DNA from: an uncultured bacterium
Lineage (GTDB): Bacteria; Omnitrophota; Omnitrophia; Omnitrophales; Aquincolibacteriaceae
Direction of reading: 5' to 3'
DNA: 64,000 nucleotides
NCBI GenBank assembly: GCA_964606385.1
Contig: CAZSFZ010000001.1
Span: forward strand, 3,519-67,518
Below the pieces are notes generated by a model that was not told the origin of the DNA, made no database searches, and saw nothing but the letters and a program-made list of their open reading frames with translations. This document shows, piece by piece, positions 1-8,965 of the stretch; position 1 is the stretch's first letter, and every line of letters begins with the position of its first letter. The translations under genes and the position numbers were made by a program.

Positions 1-1801
1 TCTTGTCGATATTCTGAAGGAGCTCTTTGGCCTTTTTATTTTTAGGATCGAGCTTCAGCACATTCTCCAAGGCTTCTTTGGCCCCGACGGGATTTTGACG
101 TCCGAGGCACGCGAGCGCCAGCCCGAAATGACTTTCGGCGTTATTCCAGTCGTTGGCGATTGCGATGTGAAATTCTTTTTCCGCGACATCAAAATGCTGC
201 TTCTGGTTGAAAACATACCCGAGATTCTTGTGAAAACGCGCTTCTGTCTTTTTGTCTTTCGCGTAACGAAGCCCCTCCTGGAGAAGACCTACGGCGTTGT
301 CATAATCCCCTTTCTGCATTAGGGCCACGGCCAGCGTGCCGTAAATATCCGGGTCATCCTTTTCTTTTTGCAGGACCGTCACGAGGACCTGGATACAGTC
401 ATCCCACTGCCCCAGTTGATAGTGGATCTGCGCGAGGCCTTTCAGACATCCGGGATTCATATCCATCGCGCAGGCCGAACGGAAGTGCTTGATCGCTTCC
501 GAAGATTGATTGGTCTTGTAATAGATCTTCCCGAGATAGTTATGGATCTGGATCACTTCGCTCTTATTCTGGGTGAGCGGCAGCACCCGTTTAAAATAAC
601 GCTCGCTGTCGCTGTAGCGCTCCTTGTTGAAATAGGCGATCCCGAGGTTGATCAGCGCCTTCACGTTATTGGGTTCCTTGACGAGCATTCTGTCGAACTC
701 GCGGATCGCTTCGTCGTATTGGCCGTTCGCCATGGCGACAAAAGCCAGATTGGCCTTCAGGGTCGGGTTCTCCCGGTCGATCTGCAGTCCCCGCGAATAA
801 GCCTGATAAGCACCCATCGTGTTGTTCTGGGACATGTAGATATCCCCCAGCACGGTGAAGGCCTGGACTTTTTCAAGGTTCTGGCTCCGGAACTTGAACC
901 CTTGCACGGCCTGCGTCAGTTCTTTCACAGCGTTCTGGTAGTCGCCGATCTTGTAGTAAAGGATCCCGAGATCAAAATGGATCCGCGGATGATTGGGATT
1001 GATGGACACGGCCATTTTCCAGGCTCCCAACGCGTCATCCATCTGTCCCAGGGTTAGATAAAGGACCCCTAGGGTATAATAAAAATCAAACGACTGATCC
1101 CGTGCGGCCAATTTCAGATAGGAACCCAACAATCTTTGCAACACCATCGGCGGCAAGCTTGTCAGGCCTTTTTTGAAATCCATGGCGCGGGTTTGCGTGA
1201 TGATCTCATGATTTTCCCGGTCAAAACGGGAGGGCAATTGCTTGTCCACGATCGGGTACATGATGCTCGAGGCATCGCCGGTATGGATCGCTCCGAAAAG
1301 ATGCGCCAGCTCGTGCACCATGACGGTCTCTTCCTGGATCCGGTAAAGCTTCTCTACAGGATAACGCAGCACGAGATAACCCGAGAAAGGGCGCGCCTGG
1401 CCCAGCGTGTCGAGATCTCTGGGATCCATGTTCGCCTGGATGGCCTTGGCCGGCAGCCGGCTTAACCCGACCATGATATCGACATCGCCCAGGGGATAAC
1501 GCGACATCAGGTCCTCGATCAACACGAGCGTCGTATCGCTTTCGGAAACGGTGGGCCATTCGTACCATTTGGCCGGAACAAACTTGATCTTGAATTCGGC
1601 CTCAAAGATCCTTGAGGCGTAGGCCAGACGCCGCTCGAAATCGCCGCGCCAGTTACGCATCGCCTTGACGCCGGGGGTGACTGCGACCCCGACGCGAATA
1701 ACTTTCATCGAGGACGTCCTGGGAGCGGCGTGAGCCGGGGCAGGCAGCCCCGAGGTCAAAAAACTGAAAGCCAGCAGGAAGATCCCGATCTTTTTCATCA
1801 T
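1..1801 (-). CDS. Secreted matrixin-like zinc metalloprotease (metzincin) fused to C-terminal TPR repeats; partial, the C-terminus lies beyond the window start
   Basis: Manual reverse-strand translation (this gene is not in the ORF track because it runs off the edge). It starts at ATGATG (1801/1798) and overlaps the stop of the GT2 gene in an ATGA arrangement. Signal peptide MMKKIGIFLLAFSFLTSGLPAPAHA. Metzincin signature HELAHLFGAIH followed by a Met-turn SIMYP. Then more than 350 aa of TPR-like repeats (...GDYQNAVKELTQAV..., ...KALINLGIAYFNKERY..., ending ...LKLDPKNKKAKELLQNIDK at position 1). Confidence 0.7.
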   Translation of the reverse strand, partial: MMKKIGIFLLAFSFLTSGLPAPAHAAPRTSSMKVIRVGVAVTPGVKAMRNWRGDFERRLAYASRIFEAEFKIKFVPAKWYEWPTVSESDTTLVLIEDLMSRYPLGDVDIMVGLSRLPAKAIQANMDPRDLDTLGQARPFSGYLVLRYPVEKLYRIQEETVMVHELAHLFGAIHTGDASSIMYPIVDKQLPSRFDRENHEIITQTRAMDFKKGLTSLPPMVLQRLLGSYLKLAARDQSFDFYYTLGVLYLTLGQMDDALGAWKMAVSINPNHPRIHFDLGILYYKIGDYQNAVKELTQAVQGFKFRSQNLEKVQAFTVLGDIYMSQNNTMGAYQAYSRGLQIDRENPTLKANLAFVAMANGQYDEAIREFDRMLVKEPNNVKALINLGIAYFNKERYSDSERYFKRVLPLTQNKSEVIQIHNYLGKIYYKTNQSSEAIKHFRSACAMDMNPGCLKGLAQIHYQLGQWDDCIQVLVTVLQKEKDDPDIYGTLAVALMQKGDYDNAVGLLQEGLRYAKDKKTEARFHKNLGYVFNQKQHFDVAEKEFHIAIANDWNNAESHFGLALACLGRQNPVGAKEALENVLKLDPKNKKAKELLQNIDK

Positions 1802-2499
1802 GGGAGACAATTCTTGAAAAGCACGTTCAATGCGATAAAAAAATCACGGGCTTTGATCTTTTTTCCTTCGCTGGCCGTCCTGCCGCTGTACTGGATCGGC
1901 AGTTCCAGGATCTTGACGTTCCTTTTGGCAAGCTTGGCCGTGATCTCGGGTTCAAAATCGAAACGCTGGGCGCTTAAGCTCAGCGAAAGCATGAGGCTCT
2001 TGCGGATAAGTTTATAGCAGGTCTCCATATCGGTCAAACGGGTCCCGAAAAGAAGGTTCGTCAGAAAGGTCAGGAACCGGTTCGCGATATAATTCGGGAA
2101 CGCCATGCCGCACGGGACTCCTTTTTCCAGAAACCGGCTTCCGTAAACGGCATCGGCCTCTTTTTTCAGGATCGGCTCAAGAAGACGCGGCAATTCGGCG
2201 GGGTCATATTCGAAGTCGGCGTCCTGCACGACCAGGATATCCCCTGACGCGTGTTCCAGTCCCCGGAGGATGCTGTATCCCTTGCCGCGGTTCTGGTCGT
2301 TACGGAGCACGCGGATCCTTCCCGCCGTATCTTTTTCGCTCAAAAGTTGCGTGATGGCGTGGGTCCGGTCCTCGCTGTGATCATCCACCACAATCACCTC
2401 ATAATCCACGGGAAAAGGAACCCGGACGATCTTTTCAACAAGCTGCTCAATGGTTTGAGCTTCATTATAGGCAGGAATAATGATCGATAATTTATTCAT
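1798..2499 (-). CDS. GT2 family glycosyltransferase (dolichol/polyprenol-phosphate sugar synthase-like)
   Basis: N-terminus LSIIIPAYNEAQTI...VIVVDDHSEDRT...DADFEYDP is typical of GT-A/GT2 DPM1-like enzymes. 233 aa. Confidence 0.8.
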   Translation of the reverse strand: MNKLSIIIPAYNEAQTIEQLVEKIVRVPFPVDYEVIVVDDHSEDRTHAITQLLSEKDTAGRIRVLRNDQNRGKGYSILRGLEHASGDILVVQDADFEYDPAELPRLLEPILKKEADAVYGSRFLEKGVPCGMAFPNYIANRFLTFLTNLLFGTRLTDMETCYKLIRKSLMLSLSLSAQRFDFEPEITAKLAKRNVKILELPIQYSGRTASEGKKIKARDFFIALNVLFKNCLP

Positions 2500-2571
2500 A
2501 GATACAGTAAAATCGCCCCGTGATCTCAGCGTCCGGAAAACTGCTGTTTTTCGCGCTCTGTGATTTAGCAG

Positions 2572-2600
2572 TTTAACGCCAGCTCAAGGGGCTGTAAAAT
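2572..2600 (+). promoter_or_regulatory. Possible sigma70-like promoter (TTTAAC-17-TAAAAT) giving a near-leaderless transcript for the 2611 gene
   Basis: Divergent intergenic region 2500..2610. -10 TAAAAT at 2595..2600, -35-like TTTAAC at 2572..2577 with a 17-nt spacer. ATG at 2611. Confidence 0.2.
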
Positions 2601-2610
2601 AGTTTCTCAA

Positions 2611-4245
2611 ATGGAACCCCGTTCGGAACCTTTTTATCGTCATCTTTTTGTCGGCACGGCGATTCTTGCCTGCGCGGGCATGGTCTATCTTTCCCAGGGT
2701 TTTGGTATCATCTGGGACGAATGGATCCAGAGCCAGTACGGCAAACTGGTCCTGAATTTTTTCCTGAGCGGCGGGGCTTCACGCGATTGCCTCACCTTCG
2801 GCGAGACGCTCTATCTTTACGGCGGCCTTTTTGACACGATCGCCGTCGCCCTCTATGGTCTCATTTTCGGGGATCTGAAAACCCTCGTCGGATCTTCTTT
2901 AATGAAGGATTTCGTCCTCCCCCACTATTTCGAGACCCGGCACGCGATCAACGCCCTTTTCGGTTTCACGGCGATCCTTTTCACGGGGCTTCTCGGAAAA
3001 GAACTCCGGAATTGGCGCACAGGGCTTCTGAGCCTTTTGTTTATCCTCTTCAGCCCCCGTTTCTTCGGAAATTCGATGAACAATCCGAAAGACATTCCCT
3101 TTGCCATGGCTTATGTCATGTCGCTCTACGCCATGGTCCGCTTTTTTAAAGCCTGGCCTAAACCCAAAGTTTTGACGATCTTCTTCCTGATCATCTCGAT
3201 CGCGATCGCCATCAACATCAAGGCGGGCGGGTTGATGCTGATCGGGTACCTGCTTCTCTTCGCCTCCGGATTATGGGGGTTGGGGATCCTGCGGAAGAAA
3301 AAAATAGAAGCTCCCGCGCGCTTCTTCCTGTCGCTTGCGGGCATATCGCTTGCGGCTTATTTTTGCGGTCTTCTCTTCTGGCCCTACGGCCTGCTGGACC
3401 CGATCCATAATCCTCTCAAAGCCCTTTCCGAGCTTTCTCTTTTCAGCGGCGCCAAGGGCGTGCTTCTTTTTGAGGGCCGTATGATCCCCCACGGCCAAAC
3501 GCCCTGGTATTACCTTCCCAAGTGGATCTCTATTTCTGTTCCGCTTTATATCCATCTCGGGATCCTGGCCCTTCTTGTATTCTTTGTGAAGATCATCCGG
3601 TCCGGAAATGGTCGTTTCCTTGCCATGCTCCTTTTTGCCGTGCTTTTCCCGCCGGTCTATGCCGTCTTAAAACACTCCTTTGTGTATGACAGCTGGCGAC
3701 ATTTCCTTTTTGTTTATCCTCCCATGGTCGTGCTTGCCGCGATCGCCTGGGATTTTTCCTGGGACCTTCTGAAAAGCAAGAAAACAAAACTCCTCCTGGG
3801 AGTGATCCTGATGGCGACGCTCCTGGAGCCGGCATCCTGGATGGTGCGTTTTCATCCTCATGAATATATTTACTTCAATCCTTTGGTCGGAGGGCTTCGG
3901 GGGGCTTACGGCCGTTATGAAACGGATTATTGGGGAAATTCCCTGAAGATGGCGTCGGAATGGCTCAGCGGTCATTACAAACGCTCGGGCATCCAGCGTC
4001 CCATCCGGATCAAAGCGGACGGTGAACTTATTTCATCGGGTTATTATTTGACCCGCGATCTCGGGCCGGCCTATGTTCCTAGCCTCGAAAACGAACCGGA
4101 GTGGGATTTCTGGCTCAGTTTATCGCGAGGCATTGACCCTTTATACCTCCGGAACAAGGATTGGCCGCCCCTTGCCACGATCCATAAAGTCGAAGCGGAC
4201 GGCGTCACCCTTTGCGCCGTCATCGAGAATCCGGGCCGTCCATGA
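2611..4245 (+). CDS. GT-C fold membrane glycosyltransferase (PMT/ArnT-like, polyprenol-phosphate-sugar dependent), paralog 1
   Basis: 544 aa polytopic membrane protein. N-terminal loop motif GIIWDEW (a DE-type motif as in GT39/GT83). Conserved block GNSMNNPKDIPFA. C-terminal soluble domain. Clear paralog of the next gene. Confidence 0.6.
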   Translation: MEPRSEPFYRHLFVGTAILACAGMVYLSQGFGIIWDEWIQSQYGKLVLNFFLSGGASRDCLTFGETLYLYGGLFDTIAVALYGLIFGDLKTLVGSSLMKDFVLPHYFETRHAINALFGFTAILFTGLLGKELRNWRTGLLSLLFILFSPRFFGNSMNNPKDIPFAMAYVMSLYAMVRFFKAWPKPKVLTIFFLIISIAIAINIKAGGLMLIGYLLLFASGLWGLGILRKKKIEAPARFFLSLAGISLAAYFCGLLFWPYGLLDPIHNPLKALSELSLFSGAKGVLLFEGRMIPHGQTPWYYLPKWISISVPLYIHLGILALLVFFVKIIRSGNGRFLAMLLFAVLFPPVYAVLKHSFVYDSWRHFLFVYPPMVVLAAIAWDFSWDLLKSKKTKLLLGVILMATLLEPASWMVRFHPHEYIYFNPLVGGLRGAYGRYETDYWGNSLKMASEWLSGHYKRSGIQRPIRIKADGELISSGYYLTRDLGPAYVPSLENEPEWDFWLSLSRGIDPLYLRNKDWPPLATIHKVEADGVTLCAVIENPGRP

Positions 4246-5969
4246 AAACCATCGTTTCTTTTTTTTCAGCTTTCAGAACGGACGATACCGCCGCCCGGAA
4301 GATCTTTTGGATCCTGGCCGTTCTTGCCGGGATCTTCATGATCTGGATCAGTAAAGATTACGGCATTACCTGGGACGAATGGGAGGCGAGCACCTACGGT
4401 TCTTACCTCGTCCGGTATTTCCTGAGCGGTTTTAAGGACCTCACCTTTTTCAACTGGGAGGCCTTTCACCCTTACGGAAAACCCGTTTATATGGCGGCCT
4501 TCATCCTGAAAGGCCTTTTCTCGGGATCGGTCGCCGATTTCGTCCAGCACGGGCTCAGAACCGACAGCCTCATCCTCGGTTTTTATGAAACCGCCCACCG
4601 TCTCAACGCCTTGACGGGTTTTATGGCGATCCTTTTTACGGGCCTTCTGGCGAAGGAGCTCGGGAACTGGAGAACCGCCCTCCTCGCCTCCCTTTTCCTT
4701 TTCCTATCCCCGCGGTTTTTCGGAAGCGCCATGAATAATTACAAGGACATTCCATTCGCCGCCATGTACGCCGCTTCCTTCTATTTCATGCTGCTTTGGA
4801 TCAAAGCCCTTCCGGCACCTTCGAAAAAAATTTCCGCCGCGCTGGTCCTGTCGATCGCCGCCGCGATCTGGACGCGGGCCGGAGCTTTCATTCTGATCGT
4901 TTATCTTTTTTTCTTCGCGCTTCTCTACGCCTTTTTAAAATACAGGCGTCTTCATGCCCCTGCCCCCTGGATAAAGATCCTCGGGTTGACCCTGGCCGTC
5001 GCGCTTCTGAGCTATCTCGGAGGGCTCCTGCTCTGGCCTTATGCCCAGCTGGATCCCGTTCACCATCCGCTCAAGGCCCTCGTGAAATTCTCGAATTACA
5101 CCTACTGGGACCACGAGGTTTTCTTTAACGGTCAAATGACCCAGGCCAGCAAACTTCCCTGGTATTACGTCCCCCAGTGGATCCTGATCAGCACCCCGCT
5201 TTTTTTCCTCTCAGGCCTTTGTTTTTTGATGCTCTTCGCGCGCCAGATCCTTGAGAAAGGCCGGCGCTTTGCCATCTTCATGGTAGCTTTCGGTGCCCTG
5301 TTCCCGCTCCTTTATGTCATGGCGCGGCGGTCCGTGCTTTACGACGGCTGGCGGCATTTATTCTTCATCTATCCCCTGGCGGTCGTTTTGATCGCTCTGG
5401 CCTGGCAAAAGGCCTGGGGCTGGGCGTCCCGGTCGCGAGCCCTATGGATCTTCGCGGCATTTTTCCTGGCCCAGATCGCGGAACCTTCTCTTTGGATGAT
5501 CAAGAACCACCCGAATGAATATGTTTATTTCAACGCGCTCACGGGCGGACTCCGAGGGGCTTTCCTGCGCTACGAAACGGATTATTGGGGGAACAGTTTA
5601 AGGAAGGGTGCGGAATGGCTCGCGGATTATCAGGTCCGGGAAGGATTGGCGGGCCCGATCCAGGTCCGGGCGGACAGCACCGCGATGGCGTCGTACCCGT
5701 TCCTGAAAAAGAAACTGGGAGCCCTCTATACCCCGTTCGGCTATCCGGCGGATTTTCTGCAAAAAGAACAATGTTTTTTTCTGATCTACCCGCCGCTCTA
5801 CATGACGGGCATCGCCTACCTTCAGCCGTGGGATTACGCCCTGGTACTCTCCAAGAACTGGCCGGCCGAGGAGCTCAAAACCAAATGGCCTCCCCTTGGC
5901 ACGATCCACGAAGTCAAAGCCGACGGCGTCACGCTCTGTGCCGTGGTGAAGAACCCTCTCAAAAGATAA
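4242..5969 (+). CDS. GT-C fold membrane glycosyltransferase (PMT/ArnT-like), paralog 2 (tandem duplicate)
   Basis: Start MKTIVSFF at 4242 overlaps the upstream stop (ATGA). Motifs YGITWDEWE and GSAMNNYKDIPFA are collinear with paralog 1. C-terminal ...PPLGTIHEVKADGVTLCAVV matches ...PPLATIHKVEADGVTLCAVI of paralog 1. Confidence 0.6.
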   Translation: MKTIVSFFSAFRTDDTAARKIFWILAVLAGIFMIWISKDYGITWDEWEASTYGSYLVRYFLSGFKDLTFFNWEAFHPYGKPVYMAAFILKGLFSGSVADFVQHGLRTDSLILGFYETAHRLNALTGFMAILFTGLLAKELGNWRTALLASLFLFLSPRFFGSAMNNYKDIPFAAMYAASFYFMLLWIKALPAPSKKISAALVLSIAAAIWTRAGAFILIVYLFFFALLYAFLKYRRLHAPAPWIKILGLTLAVALLSYLGGLLLWPYAQLDPVHHPLKALVKFSNYTYWDHEVFFNGQMTQASKLPWYYVPQWILISTPLFFLSGLCFLMLFARQILEKGRRFAIFMVAFGALFPLLYVMARRSVLYDGWRHLFFIYPLAVVLIALAWQKAWGWASRSRALWIFAAFFLAQIAEPSLWMIKNHPNEYVYFNALTGGLRGAFLRYETDYWGNSLRKGAEWLADYQVREGLAGPIQVRADSTAMASYPFLKKKLGALYTPFGYPADFLQKEQCFFLIYPPLYMTGIAYLQPWDYALVLSKNWPAEELKTKWPPLGTIHEVKADGVTLCAVVKNPLKR

Positions 5970-5971
5970 AA

Positions 5972-6004
5972 CCCCCACGCCCTTACGGGCATGAGGGTTT
6001 TTCA
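5972..6004. terminator. Putative intrinsic terminator between convergent genes
   Basis: GC hairpin (gcccttacgggc) followed by a T-run (gggttttt) in the 56-nt gap between the 4242..5969(+) and 6026..6397(-) genes. Confidence 0.3.
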
Positions 6005-6025
6005 CAAACTTTCAACAAACCGAAT

Positions 6026-6397
6026 TTAGCGTTTGTTCTTTGCCGCCGGCTGGGCCTGTGCCTGGCTCTGGGCTAAGGCCTGGCTGACGCGTTTGAGGCT
6101 TTCAATCCTTGCCTGTCTTTCCTGAGGCGTTCCCGTTCCGACGATCTTGGCTAATGTGGAGATCGCCGCAGCCTTATCCGTAGCAGCGCTGGAGGCCTGC
6201 TCCGGCATATTGCTTTTTGCCGTAACATTGGAGGCGGCTTTACTTGAGGTGGTCACGGTTTGACCGGAAGGCGTTTGCCAGGTCGACTGGGTCTGGCTTT
6301 TGGGTTCTTCTTTCGATTTGGAACCCCAGCCCCAATCAAAAGCTGAAAAAGTGAAAGCACAGACGAGGCAAAGAACGAGTGAAAATATCTTTTTCAT
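6026..6397 (-). CDS. Small exported low-complexity (S/T/A/Q-rich) protein, hypothetical
   Basis: Signal peptide MKKIFSLVLCLVCAFTFSA. RBS AAGGAGGA upstream on the minus strand. 123 aa. Confidence 0.5.
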   Translation of the reverse strand: MKKIFSLVLCLVCAFTFSAFDWGWGSKSKEEPKSQTQSTWQTPSGQTVTTSSKAASNVTAKSNMPEQASSAATDKAAAISTLAKIVGTGTPQERQARIESLKRVSQALAQSQAQAQPAAKNKR

Positions 6398-6447
6398 ATC
6401 CGGTCCTCCTTTGCAAGCATGAAATCTTTGAGGCCTTCAAACAACAT

Positions 6448-6475
6448 TTGAATAGTGCGGTTAATTGTGTATATT
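6448..6475 (+). promoter_or_regulatory. Putative sigma70-type promoter TTGAAT-16-TATATT
   Basis: AT-rich divergent intergenic region. -35 TTGAAT at 6448..6453 and -10 TATATT at 6470..6475. This would start a transcript about 6 nt before the ATG at 6488. Confidence 0.3.
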
Positions 6476-6487
6476 AACAAAATCCAT

Positions 6488-6946
6488 ATGCCAAAGCAAG
6501 AAACCCTCGCCCCTCAACGTTCTAGGATCTTTGCGTGGACAGGCAACGTCCTTTTCTACGGCGCCATCCTCCTCATGATCGCCTTCGCGGAATTACCTTC
6601 TGTAAGCCCCGAGAATTTTCGGCTAAGGAAAGAGCTTCTCTCCGGGAATGAAGCGATCTTCGGAGAAGTAGGCTCCGCATTCGCCGTCTATAAGCCCTAC
6701 CTTCCCCAAAGAGGATCCGTGACTTTTTTTATGGACTTTCTTTATAACCCCTACGACCCGACAAGCGAAAAGCTCTATATGGCCCAAAGTTATCTGGCAC
6801 CTCTGGTCCTTAATGTACTCCCCGATGAAAAAGTCGCGATCGTTGCCTGTTCTCAAGGTCTTATCGCGGACGAGTGGATGCGCAGCACCGGATACCGGCT
6901 CAAGGTCCCCCTCGGAAACGGAGAAGGCATCGCTGAAAAAACATGA
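6488..6946 (+). CDS. Hypothetical small membrane protein
   Basis: The ORF is open from 6455. Start MPKQETL at 6488 is favoured by the promoter position. One TM helix (FAWTGNVLFYGAILLMIAFA). Its stop overlaps the next start (ATGA at 6943). Confidence 0.4.
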   Translation: MPKQETLAPQRSRIFAWTGNVLFYGAILLMIAFAELPSVSPENFRLRKELLSGNEAIFGEVGSAFAVYKPYLPQRGSVTFFMDFLYNPYDPTSEKLYMAQSYLAPLVLNVLPDEKVAIVACSQGLIADEWMRSTGYRLKVPLGNGEGIAEKT

Positions 6947-8370
6947 CAAACCTTTTTGCGGCTTTCTTTTATCCGGCTTTTTTAGGCTTTCTGGCGATGT
7001 CCGTCATGCTCCGCCGGGTCATATTCCCCAACCGCGCTCTGTTCTTTTTGGCGGCGTCGTTCCCGGTCGGGGCCGGGCTTTGCTCTCTCATCCTGTTCGT
7101 TTCCCACATCTTTTTTGCCCCCGGAGCGGGGTCCCTTTCCATAAGCCTCAGCCTGATGGCCGCTGTTTTTCTGCTGGGCTACCGGATCACCCGCCCTTCG
7201 CCGGATTCCGTGCCTGCTCACCCCAAAATCCCGCGGATGGATCTAAGAGACAAAGACACGCTCTTCAGACTGATCCCCTCGCTCCTGAGTTTTCTTCTTT
7301 TCGCGATCACATTCGTCACGGTGCTGGAGTATTATTCTCTCATGGCCCCTACCGAGATCTTTGGTGGCGGCGATGTCCGCTATTTTTGGTCCCTCAAGGC
7401 AAAATTCTTTTTCCGTGACCCGACGGTGTGGCGGGACATGTTCTCATCCAAACTCTTCTGGTCCCACACGGATTATCCCTTGCTGATGCCGGCGATACGC
7501 GCCTGGGGATGGAACTGGCTCGGCTACGAATCCCTGCTTTGGCCGCCGGTCGTCTCGATCGGATTCTACATCTCATGCGTTTTGATCCTGATCTGGTATC
7601 TCTCATCCTATGTCTCCTGGACCACGGGTTGGATCGGAGGGACCTTTTTTCTTGTCCTGACACCTTACCTCGTCTGGACCGTCTGGCAATACGCCGACAC
7701 CCCGCTGACCTTCTTCATTACGGCCTGCGGCCTGGCCCTGATGACAGCCTTGCGTTCCGACCAGAAAAAGGTTTTTATGGTTTCCGGTCTTTTGGGAGGG
7801 CTCGCGGCCTGGACAAAAAATGAGGGCCTTTTTTTTATCGCATGGACCTGTGTTCTTTTAGCGGGGATTTGTACCGTACGCTATCGCCGAAAGGCCAAAG
7901 GCTCTTTTGATCCTCTTTTTCAATTCCTGATCGGCGCCTTGCTGCCCCTTCTCGCGATCAGCGTTATAAAATTCTTGTTTGGGGCTCACGGGGATTTTTT
8001 TGTGCCGGGACGAACTCTCCGCGATTATCAAGGGCTCATTTTTGCCGGCTGGGGAAAAACCCTGGCGATCCTGAACGCATTCTATGCTTTTATGACCCCT
8101 TTCAAGGAATGGCGGGGCTTGTGGGGGTTCTTTGTGGCGGCTGCCATCGTTTTGGGGATTTCCAGGAAAAAGCGCGGAAGCGATTTCACGTGGGTCTTAT
8201 TCGTACTCGTACTGCTTACCAACCTCGGATATCTTTTCATCTTTCACATCACGACCCACGACCTGAAGTGGCATCTGCAGTTCTCGCTGGACCGTCTTAT
8301 CATTCACTCGGGCGGCCTGGCGGTCGCTTTCATCTTCGAGATCCTGACCTTTACCCGCAAGAAGGCCTAA
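6943..8370 (+). CDS. Polytopic integral membrane protein (about 12 TM); possibly another GT-C/DUF2029-like glycosyltransferase
   Basis: 475 aa, hydrophobic throughout with W/Y-rich loops. Translationally coupled to the upstream ORF. Confidence 0.5.
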   Translation: MTNLFAAFFYPAFLGFLAMSVMLRRVIFPNRALFFLAASFPVGAGLCSLILFVSHIFFAPGAGSLSISLSLMAAVFLLGYRITRPSPDSVPAHPKIPRMDLRDKDTLFRLIPSLLSFLLFAITFVTVLEYYSLMAPTEIFGGGDVRYFWSLKAKFFFRDPTVWRDMFSSKLFWSHTDYPLLMPAIRAWGWNWLGYESLLWPPVVSIGFYISCVLILIWYLSSYVSWTTGWIGGTFFLVLTPYLVWTVWQYADTPLTFFITACGLALMTALRSDQKKVFMVSGLLGGLAAWTKNEGLFFIAWTCVLLAGICTVRYRRKAKGSFDPLFQFLIGALLPLLAISVIKFLFGAHGDFFVPGRTLRDYQGLIFAGWGKTLAILNAFYAFMTPFKEWRGLWGFFVAAAIVLGISRKKRGSDFTWVLFVLVLLTNLGYLFIFHITTHDLKWHLQFSLDRLIIHSGGLAVAFIFEILTFTRKKA

Positions 8371-8388
8371 AAGGCTTTCTCTACACAA

Positions 8389-8436
8389 AAAAAACCGTCC
8401 CGCTACCCTGTCGGGTGCGCGGAACGGTTTTATGGT
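8389..8436. terminator. Putative bidirectional intrinsic terminator
   Basis: aaaaaaaaccgtcccgc...gcgcggaacggtttt: an A-run, an imperfect GC stem, then a T-run between convergent genes. Confidence 0.35.
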
Positions 8437-8451
8437 TTGAAACGGTCCTGA

Positions 8452-8931
8452 TCAGCGCTGGGCGTTCGCTTGACGGCGCAGCTGATTCTCGGCGTAGGCC
8501 TTGTCCCCCAGGATCCGGCGCGCGAGCTCGTCCTTGTTCTCGCCGTTATAAAAATCGTATTCCATGACGGCCAGGATCCGGAGCATGGTCATGATATCCA
8601 TATTGGAAACTGTCGGGTTCGTGAGCAGCGTTTCGCTGATCCTGTCGACATAAAAATCCGGCGTGTTCAGGATGGCGATATTGTCCCGGTTCCGGTAGAC
8701 CATCACCACGGCGGTCACGGCCTGTTTTTTCTCGTCCGCGCTCATCTTGTCCCACAGGGCCATATTCTGGCTCAGCTGGTTCATCATGTCGCCAAAGGCC
8801 ATCCCGGAATTCTGAGTGGACTCCTGTTTCGGCTCCATGACCGGTTTCTTATCGGTCTTAATACTGAAGAAACCCAGGCACAGCACCACTGCCAAAGTAC
8901 CCAGCACGATCATTCCTGTACGCTTTTTCAT
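8452..8931 (-). CDS. Hypothetical exported/membrane-anchored protein
   Basis: N-terminal signal/anchor MKKRTGMIVLGTLAVVLCLGFFSI. 159 aa. Last gene of the GT2-gspK-ctpA run. Confidence 0.45.
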   Translation of the reverse strand: MKKRTGMIVLGTLAVVLCLGFFSIKTDKKPVMEPKQESTQNSGMAFGDMMNQLSQNMALWDKMSADEKKQAVTAVVMVYRNRDNIAILNTPDFYVDRISETLLTNPTVSNMDIMTMLRILAVMEYDFYNGENKDELARRILGDKAYAENQLRRQANAQR

Positions 8932-8965
8932 GGCTTCGACTCTCCTTTAAATTTTTATAAAAAAA

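Noticed and set aside
95-1568. Plus-strand ORFs 95..322, 368..1057, 1136..1465 and minus 1221..1568
   Set aside because: These are antisense or off-frame shadows of the metzincin-TPR gene. They have H/R/D/L-rich implausible composition, whereas the opposite strand gives a signal peptide, HExxHxxGxxH and TPRs.
7394-8567. Assorted 60-200-aa ORFs on both strands inside confirmed genes (e.g. 7428..7823, 8109..8567, 21313..21573, 53249..53629)
   Set aside because: These are high-GC shadow ORFs with Arg/Pro/Gly-rich composition, overlapping better-supported genes on the other strand or frame.
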